Assembly (NCBI RefSeq): GCF_001194135.2
Contig: NC_068998.1
Coordinates: 25,234,814-25,298,519 of the forward strand
Direction: 5' to 3'
Length of the DNA stretch: 63,706 nucleotides
Source of the DNA: Octopus bimaculoides
Lineage: Eukaryota
Shown: in pieces, positions 26,081-36,995 of the stretch
Position numbering within the stretch: the first letter of the stretch is position 1
How the letters are laid out: every line of letters begins with the position of its first letter
Program-made: the position numbers and the translations under genes
The notes under the pieces: generated by a model
What the model saw: the letters and a program-made list of their open reading frames with translations, nothing else
What the model was told of the DNA's origin: nothing
Databases searched by the model: none

Positions 26081-26344
26081 ATACATGTGTGTATATGTAG
26101 GTATTCGCGGAGATATACACAAATATTGATTCAATAGTTAGCCGGTTTAATCATGAGATCGTTCAAGGTTTTCGATTAAGGGAACGAAATATATATTGCA
26201 TTAAGACACGAAGTTCATGACCATACAACAAGCAACAGTTCGCTACACTCAATTGTCATGATATTGAGAGAAAATCAGCTTGTGCAATCTGACAAGGATA
26301 GAGATTTGCATTGCAGATAGCGTCCGAAACTACCAGCGTCTACA

Positions 26345-26460
26345 ATTTCCGTCAAACCAATTTCAGTCATAAGCATTTAGATGACTTGAAGCTATGGTGA
26401 AATTACTTGCATACATCATGCAGTGTTACAAACCAGGGACTTCATGATTGAAAATCGAAA
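26345..26460 (-). mobile_element. Degenerate SINE family B fragment
   Basis: TTTCCGTCAAACCAATTTCAGTCATAAGC...GCAGTGTTACAAACCAGGGACTTCATG aligns loosely with 45270-45380. Confidence 0.45.
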
Positions 26461-27748
26461 TAATTAACCATTCAGTCATGCTTGTATTGATCTCCTGCAG
26501 TTCGTTTTATAGCACATCAGGTATTTCGCAATTAGACTTTTGTTAATTTCGTTGTGTATTTTCTTAATCCTGATTTATTTTGTTGGTCTATTGCCAACAA
26601 TTGTCAATTGGAATTAAAAAAACAGACTTACAGAAACACGCAGACGCAAGAACATATTAAGGTATATAAATTTGTACACACTATATAAACGCGACAATTC
26701 ATACATATGTATGTATATATGTATGTATGTATGTTTATATATATATATATATATATATATATNNNNNNNNNNNNNNNNNNNNNNNNNNNNNNNNNNNNNN
26801 NNNNNNNNNNNNNNNNNNNNNNNNNNNNNNNNNNNNNNNNNNNNNNNNNNNNNNNNNNNNNNNNNNNNNNNNNNNNNNNNNNNNNNNNNNNNNNNNNNNN
26901 NNNNNNNNNNNNNNNNNNNNNNNNNNNNNNNNNNNNNNNNNNNNNNNNNNNNNNNNNNNNNNNNNNNNNNNNNNNNNNNNNNNNNNNNNNNNNNNNNNNN
27001 NNNNNNNNNNNNNNNNNNNNNNNNNNNNNNNNNNNNNNNNNNNNNNNNNNNNNNNNNNNNNNNNNNNNNNNNNNNNNNNNNNNNNNNNNNNNNNNNNNNN
27101 NNNNNNNNNNNNNNNNNNNNNNNNNNNNNNNNNNNNNNNNNNNNNNNNNNNNNNNNNNNNNNNNNNNNNNNNNNNNNNNNNNNNNNNNNNNNNNNNNNNN
27201 NNNNNNNNNNNNNNNNNNNNNNNNNNNNNNNNNNNNNNNNNNNNNNNNNNNNNNNNNNNNNNNNNNNNNNNNNNNNNNNNNATATATATAGTCGTAGCAC
27301 CTGTAAGGCTCCCACCTATGGATTAAATATTAAACTCCTGCGACTTGAGGATCGGTAGAATGCAGTTGCCGTATCTCCTGTGCAGCGTAAGAGGCGACTA
27401 CAAGGTGTGGGGACGAAGAAACTGGGAATCCACTGCTAGAAATGTGATATTCCTAAAAAGATAAAAAGAAAGGAATATGATATATATGAAAAATTGAGTA
27501 GAAGTGGCTTTGGGGGTTAATTTTTATTTCAATAATAATGTTTACAAGGAGTGACTCTGGTATGAGATTCGAGCTTCGACTACATGTTTTTTTAATCCAA
27601 AATGTGTATGTTTTACAGGTTGCTTAAATAGCAAAAACTATTTTCGTACAAGTGTACGCAGAAGAAAGGAAGCCTTCAATTTTAGCCTGAAAGCTATGTA
27701 TGTATGTAAATATAAACATATACATAAAAGTGTAAACATATATGTGTG

Positions 27749-27781
<33 letters not shown>

Positions 27782-27796
27782 TTGTGTGTGTGTGTA

Positions 27797-27856
<60 letters not shown>

Positions 27857-27879
27857 TAAGCGCAGTCTACAATATAATA

Positions 27880-29700
27880 TATCCATTATGGCCGACCTTT
27901 CGCGCTATGTGTTCTACAAATTAGTCGTTAGCAGTCAGATTTTGTAAGCCTGCGCTCTTCAGAGATGAAATTATAGAATGAAATATGGAGACGGGTTTCT
28001 CTTGTTGGAGATGAACATACACATCCGGTTTATGGATCCTGTGAAAACGAATAGGAAACAAACCGAGCAAGGGTTAGGTCAAGAGTTATGTCCCTTAATA
28101 CCAAAATATTATCACTGGGGGTGTTTCGAATCAAGAAGAGCGTATGGGAAATGCGCGTATTTTTTAAGGTTAGTTTTTGTAGAAATGCGTGTAGTGGGCA
28201 GCGTTTTCGGGAGGCGAGTTCCCAAAGGTCGCATACACATATATGTTTGTCAGTGCATATTGTTTCTTGTATTTTGATCAAAATATTTACTTAAATCCTT
28301 GGGGTATTTATATGTACATGTGGAATGTGTGTAGAGTTACAGTATGTGTGGAAGTTTACGTTCGCGATGGAAGGGTGATTTGGGTGGATGCCCGCTGTCT
28401 TAGAGCGTGTGTTTATGAATGCGTTTGTGTAGGTTCTGGTCAAACTCTTTGCCGGATTCCCAGGTATTAGTGGTAGGGGACTGGTGATTATAGTCACGAT
28501 GGGGCATGCATGCATGTTAGGATGTACTTCCGTTCATGTCGGCAAGTATTAAACATTCTACATCTGTTCTTAAGGTAGATGCTCGTAAAATAGCTCTTTT
28601 CTAAGTCAAGTATAACCTGCACTTTTTGCTGCTACTCATGTATGGTTTACATTTCTATAAAAACCGCCACTTTATGTTGTACTTGGTGGCACTTTCTTTC
28701 AAATACCAAATGTCCTTGGTCAGGGATGTTGAAAGAGGACTAATCTCAGGAAATCCTATCTAATCGGGTTTTAATAATTAAAGCGGTAAGTGGTGCTCAT
28801 ATATTTGTGTTTAATGCTAAGTCGAAGCGTTTCAACTTGGGCGTTGGACTTCGGTATATATCTTTTTCATAATTTCTATGACATGGATTGACATTCACAG
28901 CCATTGTAGATGTAGTATCCTAATTGGAGCGAGTTGGATAGAGTGGCTGATATTTGCAGGCAACAAAGTGCTACATAGCTGATTTGAAGGCGTTCTTCAG
29001 AATGAAACGAAGGGTTTTGCTGTCGAATGCTAAAAGGAGAGGGAGAGAATGAGTGTTATGAAGACAGAGAATTGTTCGCCTTAAAAATAATATTTCTAGC
29101 GTGCTTGAATGTTCGTGGAACATCAAATAGAAATATTTAAGTGACCCGTGGTCGTAATCACATGTGATGGGAGTCAGGATCTTTAGTAGGATGCGCTAAC
29201 TGCAGGTATTAGCAAAGTAATATCCCAACTTTAGCATTCGGCCAGCAGAAGTAAAAAGGTTGCTACGAAAGTCGAACTTGCCTTCAGTTAGGTTATCATG
29301 TCTATTCTCACCTGCGATGATAAGTTTTATTTAAAGATCAATAGATGGAAACGGCTGAAATGGGTTCATTTGAAGAATCTCTGTAGTAATGCTGCTTGAC
29401 AGGGTGTGTACATCGGAGATCAGCATATTTCTTCAGGTCGAACATCCGCTTCCCGTATTGACAGTTCACATATCCGGTTCAATGGACATTTAATTAGTGT
29501 GTCAAAGGAAAGGAACGCAAAACCTTCTTCAACCCGAGCCAACTTACAACAGACGTAGGAGTGAATCAAGCATGAAATACATGGATAATATCCAAAAATA
29601 CATTTGGTCAGCTGGAAAGACTGCTGCTTCTGATAGGACCCTACGGAGACGGTCAGTTACAACTTTACCTTACCACAACAATTTCTGGTTCAATGGGTAG
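27880..29700 (-). mobile_element. Penelope-like element remnant (RT C-terminus, GIY-YIG, pLTR-like region)
   Basis: STSLTKDIWYLKESATKYNIKWRFL*KCKPYMSSSKKCRLYLT*KRAIL and FNTCRHERKYIL (~28520-28740) match the PLE endonuclease C-terminus. The upstream part is more decayed and the left boundary is uncertain. Confidence 0.72.
27882..27969 (-). ncRNA. Degenerate hammerhead-ribozyme-like motif
   Basis: Minus strand: UUCAU-CU-CUGAAGA-GCGC...UACAAA...UUUGUA...GCGC-GAAA-GGUCGGCC-A-UA-AUGGA. The core and stem II closure are canonical; there is a 2-nt insertion before the core and an extra A in stem III. Confidence 0.42.
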
Positions 29701-29744
29701 CGAAAATGGATAGCTGGATGAATATATATGAGTGTGTGTTTGTA

Positions 29745-29790
<46 letters not shown>

Positions 29791-30029
29791 TATATATGTA
29801 TATCGCTTTTATTCTAGTTTTATTTACCCGATAAGAACTGTATATTGCTCATTGTCGCACAATATTTCAGAGAGTAACTTTTCATTTAACCTGATAAATA
29901 TCTGTTTAATATATGATTGAGAAGATACAATTGTAAGCAGAATATTTTTAAAAATCCACAAATCAGTAACTTTCAGAAATTTCTGCTTATACAAGTTTCA
30001 TAAATTAGTGAGTATTGTTAATTATTCGG

Positions 30030-30720
30030 TCATTTAACAACATGATATGCATTTGCAATTCTCGTTAGTCGCTTATTCGCTGCATGGAAACGTTTTAGAC
30101 ATGGTAGGCCATAAATACCATTAGCCATTTGCTCAATAACGACCTCATTTGCATCTTGCTCGCATATAAATTCTGTCACGATTTTCCGTAATGTAGGATG
30201 AGTAACGTCAATACGTTGTTTAATGCGTGGTGTTATCAATGCTGTTATTGGTACATGACAAACTAGTTTGCACCCATTCGTCAGCTTACTTTTCATTGCT
30301 ATCACATGTGTGTAACCCCAAGCCATTTACTTTCGAAATATTCCAGGAAAATTTAATCTTGCTACAATTTCTTCGAATCGTTGTACATCATCAAATGGAT
30401 ACACAAACATTAGGGTTTGTAATATTTTGCTTTTATCAAAGAAACATTCAGCAAATTTTCAGTGCAGTACTTTTATTTTATTAGCGTTTGAATTTTACGA
30501 TAACAGCACTTATTGTAAAGAAAAAAATATTTCTATGAGAAGAATGCCGCAATTTCAAAGGCAATTCTCGCTTTGCTGGTGAAATCCAAGTTCTTTGGTT
30601 TTAGATAAGCCGATGAGATCCATTGTACTTTGTAACCGATTTGTTACGCATAAAAGCATAGACCAAAAATAATCGATATCCATCAGATACAGAAATACCT
30701 AATGAAACTTTTCGTAGCCT
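30030..30720 (-). mobile_element. Mutator-like (MULE) DNA transposase remnant
   Basis: In the expected order: LVYAFMRNKSVTKY, IAFEIAAF...CCYRKIQ, TLMFVYPFDDVQRFEEI, TNNSID, THPTLRKIVTEFICEQDANEVVIEQ...KRLTRIANAY. Each resembles a conserved MULE transposase block. Confidence 0.7.
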
Positions 30721-30789
30721 TATTCTTTGATCAGAAGTTTTGATGTCTATAAATTATACATAAAAGCATTTACCTTATCACTTTATGTT

Positions 30790-30848
<59 letters not shown>

Positions 30849-31089
30849 CACGCGCGTGCACACGCACAACACACTTGCACACACACACACAAAGTATGCC
30901 AGAAAATATATTAATTACAAATTTTCCTAGCTATAGTTGTTTCAATGAAATCATTCAGTTACAAGAAGTCTCGTGTATGTGTACAAAGCGCAGTAGAAAG
31001 AAAGAGTAATACCAGGAAAATTGTGATGGTCGGAATGAATGTAGTGACTATAGAAACACATAATCACATTTGTTCTCACACACTCATAA

Positions 31090-31410
31090 GAGGGTCGGCT
31101 GAAAAATTGAAGCCCCCACCACTCACTTTCTACAAGGTAGAGCATACGGTATTCCTATATCCAGTCGCTCTGGGAAGAGAGATGCGTAGTGACAAGGCTG
31201 AAATGATTGAGGGAAAACACTTTCCATTTTGGTCAAGACCTCATCGATATTTTTAAGTTATACTTGCAAAGAAAAGTGGGAGTTGAGGGGAAAGTGCTAC
31301 CGCCCAGTGGATTTGTGAGAAGATTGGAGACTGTGGGTAATAGGGTTAGGGTGAATGGCCTTACTCCAATCATGCGCCAGTTCATTGGAGAACAGCAGTT
31401 GGCCTAGGCT
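31090..31410 (+). mobile_element. Tx1/L1-like ORF2 extreme C-terminal fragment
   Basis: KLKPPPLTFYKVEHTVFLYPVALGRE parallels IVPPTGLSKKGEAYFLTVAALKE of the 22.9-kb copy; it is followed by NTFHFGQDLIDIFKLYLQRKVGVEGKVL. Confidence 0.62.
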
Positions 31411-31644
31411 AGTACCTTTGGTGGTCAGGGTAATTCTAGATCTGTGGATTTCCTTAGTTGGCCCTAGTTTCTCCTCTATGATGTAGCATCATTCATGTTA
31501 TAAATATCTTTGACTATTGTATATGTTTTTCCTCATTTCAAGTGTTTTCATTTCTTTCTCCTCATTTATTATCTAGACCACCACACATTTTAAACTGTCC
31601 TTGTGATATGCCCAACAAATATGTCCCAGTGCAAACAACAAAAA

Positions 31645-31662
31645 TCATAATCATCATAACTG

Positions 31663-31725
<63 letters not shown>

Positions 31726-31770
31726 CCATCATCATTATCAACATCATCATCATCATCATCATCATTATTA
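31645..31770. repeat. (ATC)n microsatellite
   Basis: Directly visible. Confidence 0.97.
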
Positions 31771-31954
31771 TGTTTCTTTTTCTTCTTTCTTGAAATTTTC
31801 GTCCATTTCTCGCCGAGTGTCTTCCGTACGCCTAGGGCAGAGAAGCTCATTGTATGCATTCCCAGTTTACATACGCAAAATCACAGGCAAAATATGTATG
31901 TAAAAAAATAAATAAATAAATATATTCATGAATGGATGTTGTTTTCACAGCGAT

Positions 31955-32295
31955 AATGCTCTTCTCAGTACATCAGTCGTTCCAGTTAACACGATTTTTG
32001 GCACTTCCTGTAGGGATGGTAAGCCTGGTATCATTTTCAAATAGACTTCAGTACCTTTTGTTATCATTCCTAGAGATCCTACAATCACTGGTACGGTGAT
32101 CGCAAGGAATACTCATGTCAATGAATAGCAGCATACTGTAGCAGGTAGTTTTTGCTGTTTACCAAATATTCTTCCATGTTTCTTCCTTCATTGTTGATCC
32201 ACTCGTTTATGCTAATCAGCCCACCTCGACATTTACTTCTCTTCATTTAGAGCTTGTGTACATTTGCCTTAGGATGAAAGGCGCTATGCACTGTC
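31955..32295 (-). mobile_element. Internally deleted R4/Dong-like 3' fragment
   Basis: AFHPKANVHKL*MKRSKCRGGLISINEW (RT thumb), LLFIDMSIPC, then TVPVIVGSLGMITKG...IPGLPSLQEVPKIVLTGTTDVLRRALSL* (ORF end). Confidence 0.8.
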
Positions 32296-32349
32296 ATTAA
32301 CTTTCGGGAGGTGCGATGTGTCCATTTCAGGAACAATAATTATAATTGT

Positions 32350-32495
32350 TTTTGATCATCATCATCACCATCATCATCATCATCGTCATCATCGTCATTG
32401 TCGTCGTCGTCGTCATCGTCATAATCGTCATCATCATCGTCGTCGTCGTCATAATCATCCTTATCGTCGTCATCGTCGTCGTCTTCGTCGTCGTC

Positions 32496-32544
<49 letters not shown>

Positions 32545-32554
32545 CAATAATAAT

Positions 32555-32595
<41 letters not shown>
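32350..32595. repeat. Compound (ATC)n/(GTC)n/(AAT)n microsatellite
   Basis: Directly visible; adjoins the 3' end of the minus-strand R4-like copy. Confidence 0.97.
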
Positions 32596-32596
<1 letters not shown>

Positions 32597-32599
32597 TGA

Positions 32600-34950
32600 G
32601 TAGTCTCATTTTTATCACGTGCTTTCACTTCAATACCGAGCGCAGCTCTGTGTGCCTTGGGCATATGCTGTGATTTGTTGTGATGCTCTTATAGTTACTG
32701 TATTCAAAGTGGTTTAGGTAGGATAGGTGCGGTGCTTAGTATTGCTATTGTCTGTGTGTTGTATATATATTTGTTAGTCCTAGTGTTTTTGTTATGTATT
32801 TTTCTGATTTTTTTCATCATACTTAATGCGCATACTATGATAAGAATTGTTTCTGCTTTTAAACTCCACATTCGAGTTACCTCTATTTCCAGATCTATGC
32901 ATTTTGAAAGTTACCCCATTTCTTTTAGGGAGACGTTATCATCTGCTGGTAGTGATACATCAATTAGAAAGCATTTTTTTCTTGATGATCTCTGATAACT
33001 ATATCTGGCTTATTGGCCTTAATTTCTCTATCTGTATGTATTGGTATATCTCATAGTATGGTTGCTTCCTGATTTTCTGCGTGGGCCTATACCATCCTTT
33101 TGCTGTTGTTATTCCATAGTGTTGGCGTAGATTCCAGTGTATATAGGTCCCAACTCTGTGGTGTCTGTGATTATATTCCTTCTTAACCAGGTCTGGGCAG
33201 CCAGAGACAAAATCAGTTATTGTTTCTTCTCCATCTCCACATATTCTGCAGTTACTTGCTAAGTTTATTTTCATTAATTTCTGGTGGGAAGGCTTTGGTC
33301 TTGAGCTGCAATTAAAATCCTTCAGTCTCTGCTTTGAGTCCTGAGCTTCTCAGCCATTGTTGCGATTTGTCTTTGTCCGTTTCCTTTTTGTTTAGTGTAA
33401 CCCAATATTTGCCATGAAGAGGCTTTTCTTACCAACATGATCCGTTGCTGTTCCAGTTTTAGTTTAGATTTCATTTGCTTTATAGCTATTGTTTTTTCTT
33501 CTTTTTCTTCATAGATGTTAGGTAGTATGACTTCTTCTTTGTATTTGTCAGCTTCCTTAAAAACTGAAAACAGATTTTAGTTCGTGTTTTGTGGTTATTT
33601 GTATTAGATTTCCTCGCTTCTGAAGTAGGTATTTTTGTAGTCCTACAGTGCCTTTTTGTTATAGTTTTCTAGTTGAATAAGGCCTCTACCACCTTCTAAA
33701 CATTGTATATATAACCTTTCTATGTCTGATTTTGGGTGGTGCATCCTAAAACCTATATTTATTCTTCTGCTTTCCTGTCTGTTTTGACTAGTTCATTTAA
33801 TATACAGTTAAGGACATTGTAGCTGTAATTTATAACTAGGACAGTTAGAGTGTTGAAACCTGTTATCGTGTTTTTCCCATTGAGCTTTGTTTTCAGTATT
33901 TATCCAAATCGTCTATAGGATTCTATCTTTGTTTTCTCTTTCATTTCTGTGTGTAGTATCGTATGTAGTTCATTGGTTACTAAGTATTTGAATGTCTGGC
34001 TTCAAATACTTAGTAATCTTATTTGATTTGCTTTATCTAGTGTGATGTTGTTAGTCTTAAATATGTTTCTTCTTTTCAAGGTTGCTTTGGCACATTTTTC
34101 CAAGCCAAATTTCATGTTTATTTCTTTGGTAAACGCACGTACTGACTGAAGTAATGTTTCGAGCTGTTTATCATTTGTAGCGTACAGTTTTAGGTCATCC
34201 ATATATAAGAGGTGGCTGATTATTTTGCCGTAACAGTTGTAACCGTATCCTGTTCTCTCTAGCATGCCAGATAAAAGTGTCAGTGCTAAGCAGAAAAGGA
34301 GTGAAGAGAGCGTGTCTCCCCGGAATATTACCCTTCTAATGGGTACGGTGTTGGTTTTTATGAGTCCCTCTTTTGTCTGGATCTGTAGCACTGTCTGCGA
34401 TTTATTGAAGGAATGTGTTATATATTTCATGATTATTAGTGCTACCTTGTTCACGGCTAGCGTTTCTAGGATCCATCTATGGGGAATACTATCAAAAGCC
34501 TTTAGGTAATCGATCCAGGCCATACTTATACCCTTCATCTTTCTGCGGCTGTCTTCAGGTATGGCTTTATTGATCATTATTTAATCTTTACAGCCGTATA
34601 AGCCCTTGCCGTATCCCTCCTGCTCTTCTGGAAACAGGTTGGTACTCATCCTCTGCGATATTATTGCAGTAAATGCTTTGTAAATTGTAGAGAGGCAAGT
34701 TATTCGTCTGCAATTTTGTGAGTTTGCCGTTTCCATGGATTTGAAACACACTAGAAGCAAAACTCAATATAAAGAAGGCAAAGGAATTAGTAATACTATA
34801 ATTGAAGTATTGGGGTAAACATTGGCTGCACAGACAGCGAAGAGGAAAAATGCGAATATAATTTATCAGTTTATGCAGAATCTGTTGTTTCCAAATAAAC
34901 GGAAGCAATTGTTTGAAAAACTAAAGCAAATATGACACAAAAATAAATTA
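32600..34950 (-). mobile_element. R4/Dong-like non-LTR retrotransposon, best-preserved copy (RT, CCHC, RLE, 3' UTR)
   Basis: RT at 34002-34577; CRICGDGEETITDFVSGC...RHHRVGTYIHW at 32999-33274; CFLIDVSLPADDNVSLKE...DLEIEVTRMW at ~32850-32970. Confidence 0.95.
34002..34577 (-). pseudogene. Reverse transcriptase domain fragment of the R4/Dong-like element
   Basis: ISMAWIDYLKAFDSIPHRW, VIFRGDTLSSLLFCLAL, SHLLYMDDLKLY and MKFGLEKCA motifs; frameshifted at both ends. Confidence 0.95.
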
Positions 34951-35334
34951 CCGAATGAATATATTTGAAATGATATATAATGACAGGTGGGTATGCCAAA
35001 AGGGGAGTTAGCGTGTCATTCAGAAGTAGAAAACAAACTTCTACCCATATGACAAAAAATCGACATAATTTTCCCTCTCGAAAACATTGCAAGACAGAAC
35101 AGTGTATGTTCGGAGAATGGTACAGCTATAAATAACACACCTTCTAAAATAATGGTCTAAATTTAACTATGCCACATGAAAATCCAAACGAGGTAGGAAT
35201 GAAAATATTCACGCCCATATATATCGTATTCAATACAGAAGAAACAATGTGTTTGATACAAGGTTATTAGACAAAGAAAGTGTGGAAGAAGAGTGTCATT
35301 AGGCAGTAGAAAACAAACTACGCGAGAAAGGAGG

Positions 35335-36155
35335 AAATGTCGGCAATTTCGGAAGTGACAGATATTTTAGCGGTGCCAGAGCCAAAGATAGCAAGGCAGA
35401 CACATTCTGCAAAGCATATCTACCTATCAAACATGCAATCTTGATGCTACTTTATTTTTTTTGGTGAAGTAATTCTCTGGATGATCTAGATTTACCTGTC
35501 AAGTAACCAATTCCTTTAGCCATTGCTACTGCTACCCCTCCTCCTCCATCACCTCTTCCTCCACCTCATCCTTATCCCCTTCTGCCTCCTACTCCTCCTC
35601 TCCTTCTCCTACTTCCTTTCTCCTCTTCATCTCCTCCTCCTCTTCTTCCTCCTCCTCCTCCTCCCCCTCCTCCTCCTCCTCCTCCTCCTACTACTACTAC
35701 TACTACTACTGTGGCTGTCGCCACCATGTATAGTCTATTTACTGGTAGGTGATGTGTTGTATTCCAGCATTGTCCATTTTTCTCGCTTTTGTTTTACAAC
35801 AGAATCTCTATACAATGCACGAAAAAGTGGTAGGCGCAACTATCTTATTTAAATTGGTTTAATATCTTGTCTTCTAGCCGTTCGACTTCCTTGTTCTGAA
35901 TAACCTGCCACAGTCCCAATCTTATTGCTAATCTTACTCACTAATTATTTCCGTCCATATTATATTCTGTTATTCATGTTTTCACTTAAATCATTTTAGA
36001 CACAGTCTTGTCTTTTGTTAGGTTTACTATTTCTGCCCAAGTCCTCTGAATTCCATGTTTGATAGGTAGATATTATGCGATGCAGAATTTGTCTGCCCTG
36101 TAATCTTTGGCTCTGGCACCACTAACATCTATCACTTCCGAAATTGCGGACACCA
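35335..36155. repeat. Inverted pair of ~100-bp homologous segments (35335-35435 and 36053-36155)
   Basis: GCAATTTCGGAAGTGACAGAT...GTGCCAGAGCCAAAGAT...GGCAGACACATTCTGCA...TATCTACCTATCAAACATG recurs as a reverse complement, roughly 80% identical by eye. Confidence 0.85.
35540..35712. repeat. Imperfect (CCT)n then (CTA)n microsatellite
   Basis: Directly visible. Confidence 0.9.
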
Positions 36156-36639
36156 TCTTTGCCTATAATATCTCTTATTTGGTTTGACTTATAAAGTAGG
36201 ATTATATAACTAACTTCTACTATTCCTTTGTCCATATTGCTTTAACAGGCCCTGCCCGTGCAACATCTAATTGTAGCTCCTGAAATCTATCACTCGGTGG
36301 CCTCCACTTCCAGGTTCTAGGTCATCTCTAATCTTATTTTACAATACAATTTCATGATAAGGTTATTATTTTAAGATAAAACTGACGGTCTTTTTATCTA
36401 GGCACCGTGCATATGAGGGGTGACAACCATCACTAAACAGGTCTCTTTTTTCCTTCGGCTAAACATATTTCACCGGTCAGCACCTCGACATTTTATTGTC
36501 AAACGATATATTCTAATGTATCGTTACCACCAGCATCTTCATTGACATGCCATCACAAGGAGCGGTGCCAGATTCAAAGACGCCTTCTGCAACATGTGAG
36601 ACCGAATATTTCTGTAGCCGGTAAATAATTTCATTATTT

Positions 36640-36850
36640 AAGCGGCGAGCTAGCCGAATCATTAAGCACTCCCAGCAAAATGTTTAGATAATTGCGTCCA
36701 TCTTTACGTTCTGAGTTCAAGTTCCAACGAGGTCAACTTTGCCTTTCATCTCTTCATGGTCGATAAATTAAGTACGAGTTGAGCACTGGGGTCGAAGTAA
36801 TCGACTTACCCCACAAAACAATCGCTGGCCTTGTGCCAAAATATGAAGCC
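36640..36850 (+). mobile_element. SINE family A, tail variant 2
   Basis: Same head and body as the 2029 copy; tail GCTGGCCTTGTGCCAAAATATGAAGCC. Confidence 0.85.
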
Positions 36851-36874
36851 ACTATTATTATTATTACTATTAAG

Positions 36875-36995
36875 TCAGTGAGGTGGCGGAATCGTTAGCA
36901 CGCTAGGCAAACTACTTAGTGGAATTTAGCGCCGGAATCGATGTAATCGACTAGCACCCTTCCACCTAAAACTCCACGTTATAATCCTATAGTAT
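36875..36995 (+). mobile_element. SINE family A, internally deleted
   Basis: Head GGTGGCGGAATCGTTAGCACGC joined to TCGATGTAATCGACTAGC; the B-box and body are missing. Confidence 0.7.

Noticed and set aside
27985-28030. Minus-strand GAAACCCGTC resembling a hammerhead stem III
   Set aside because: There is no CUGANGA core upstream at a suitable distance.
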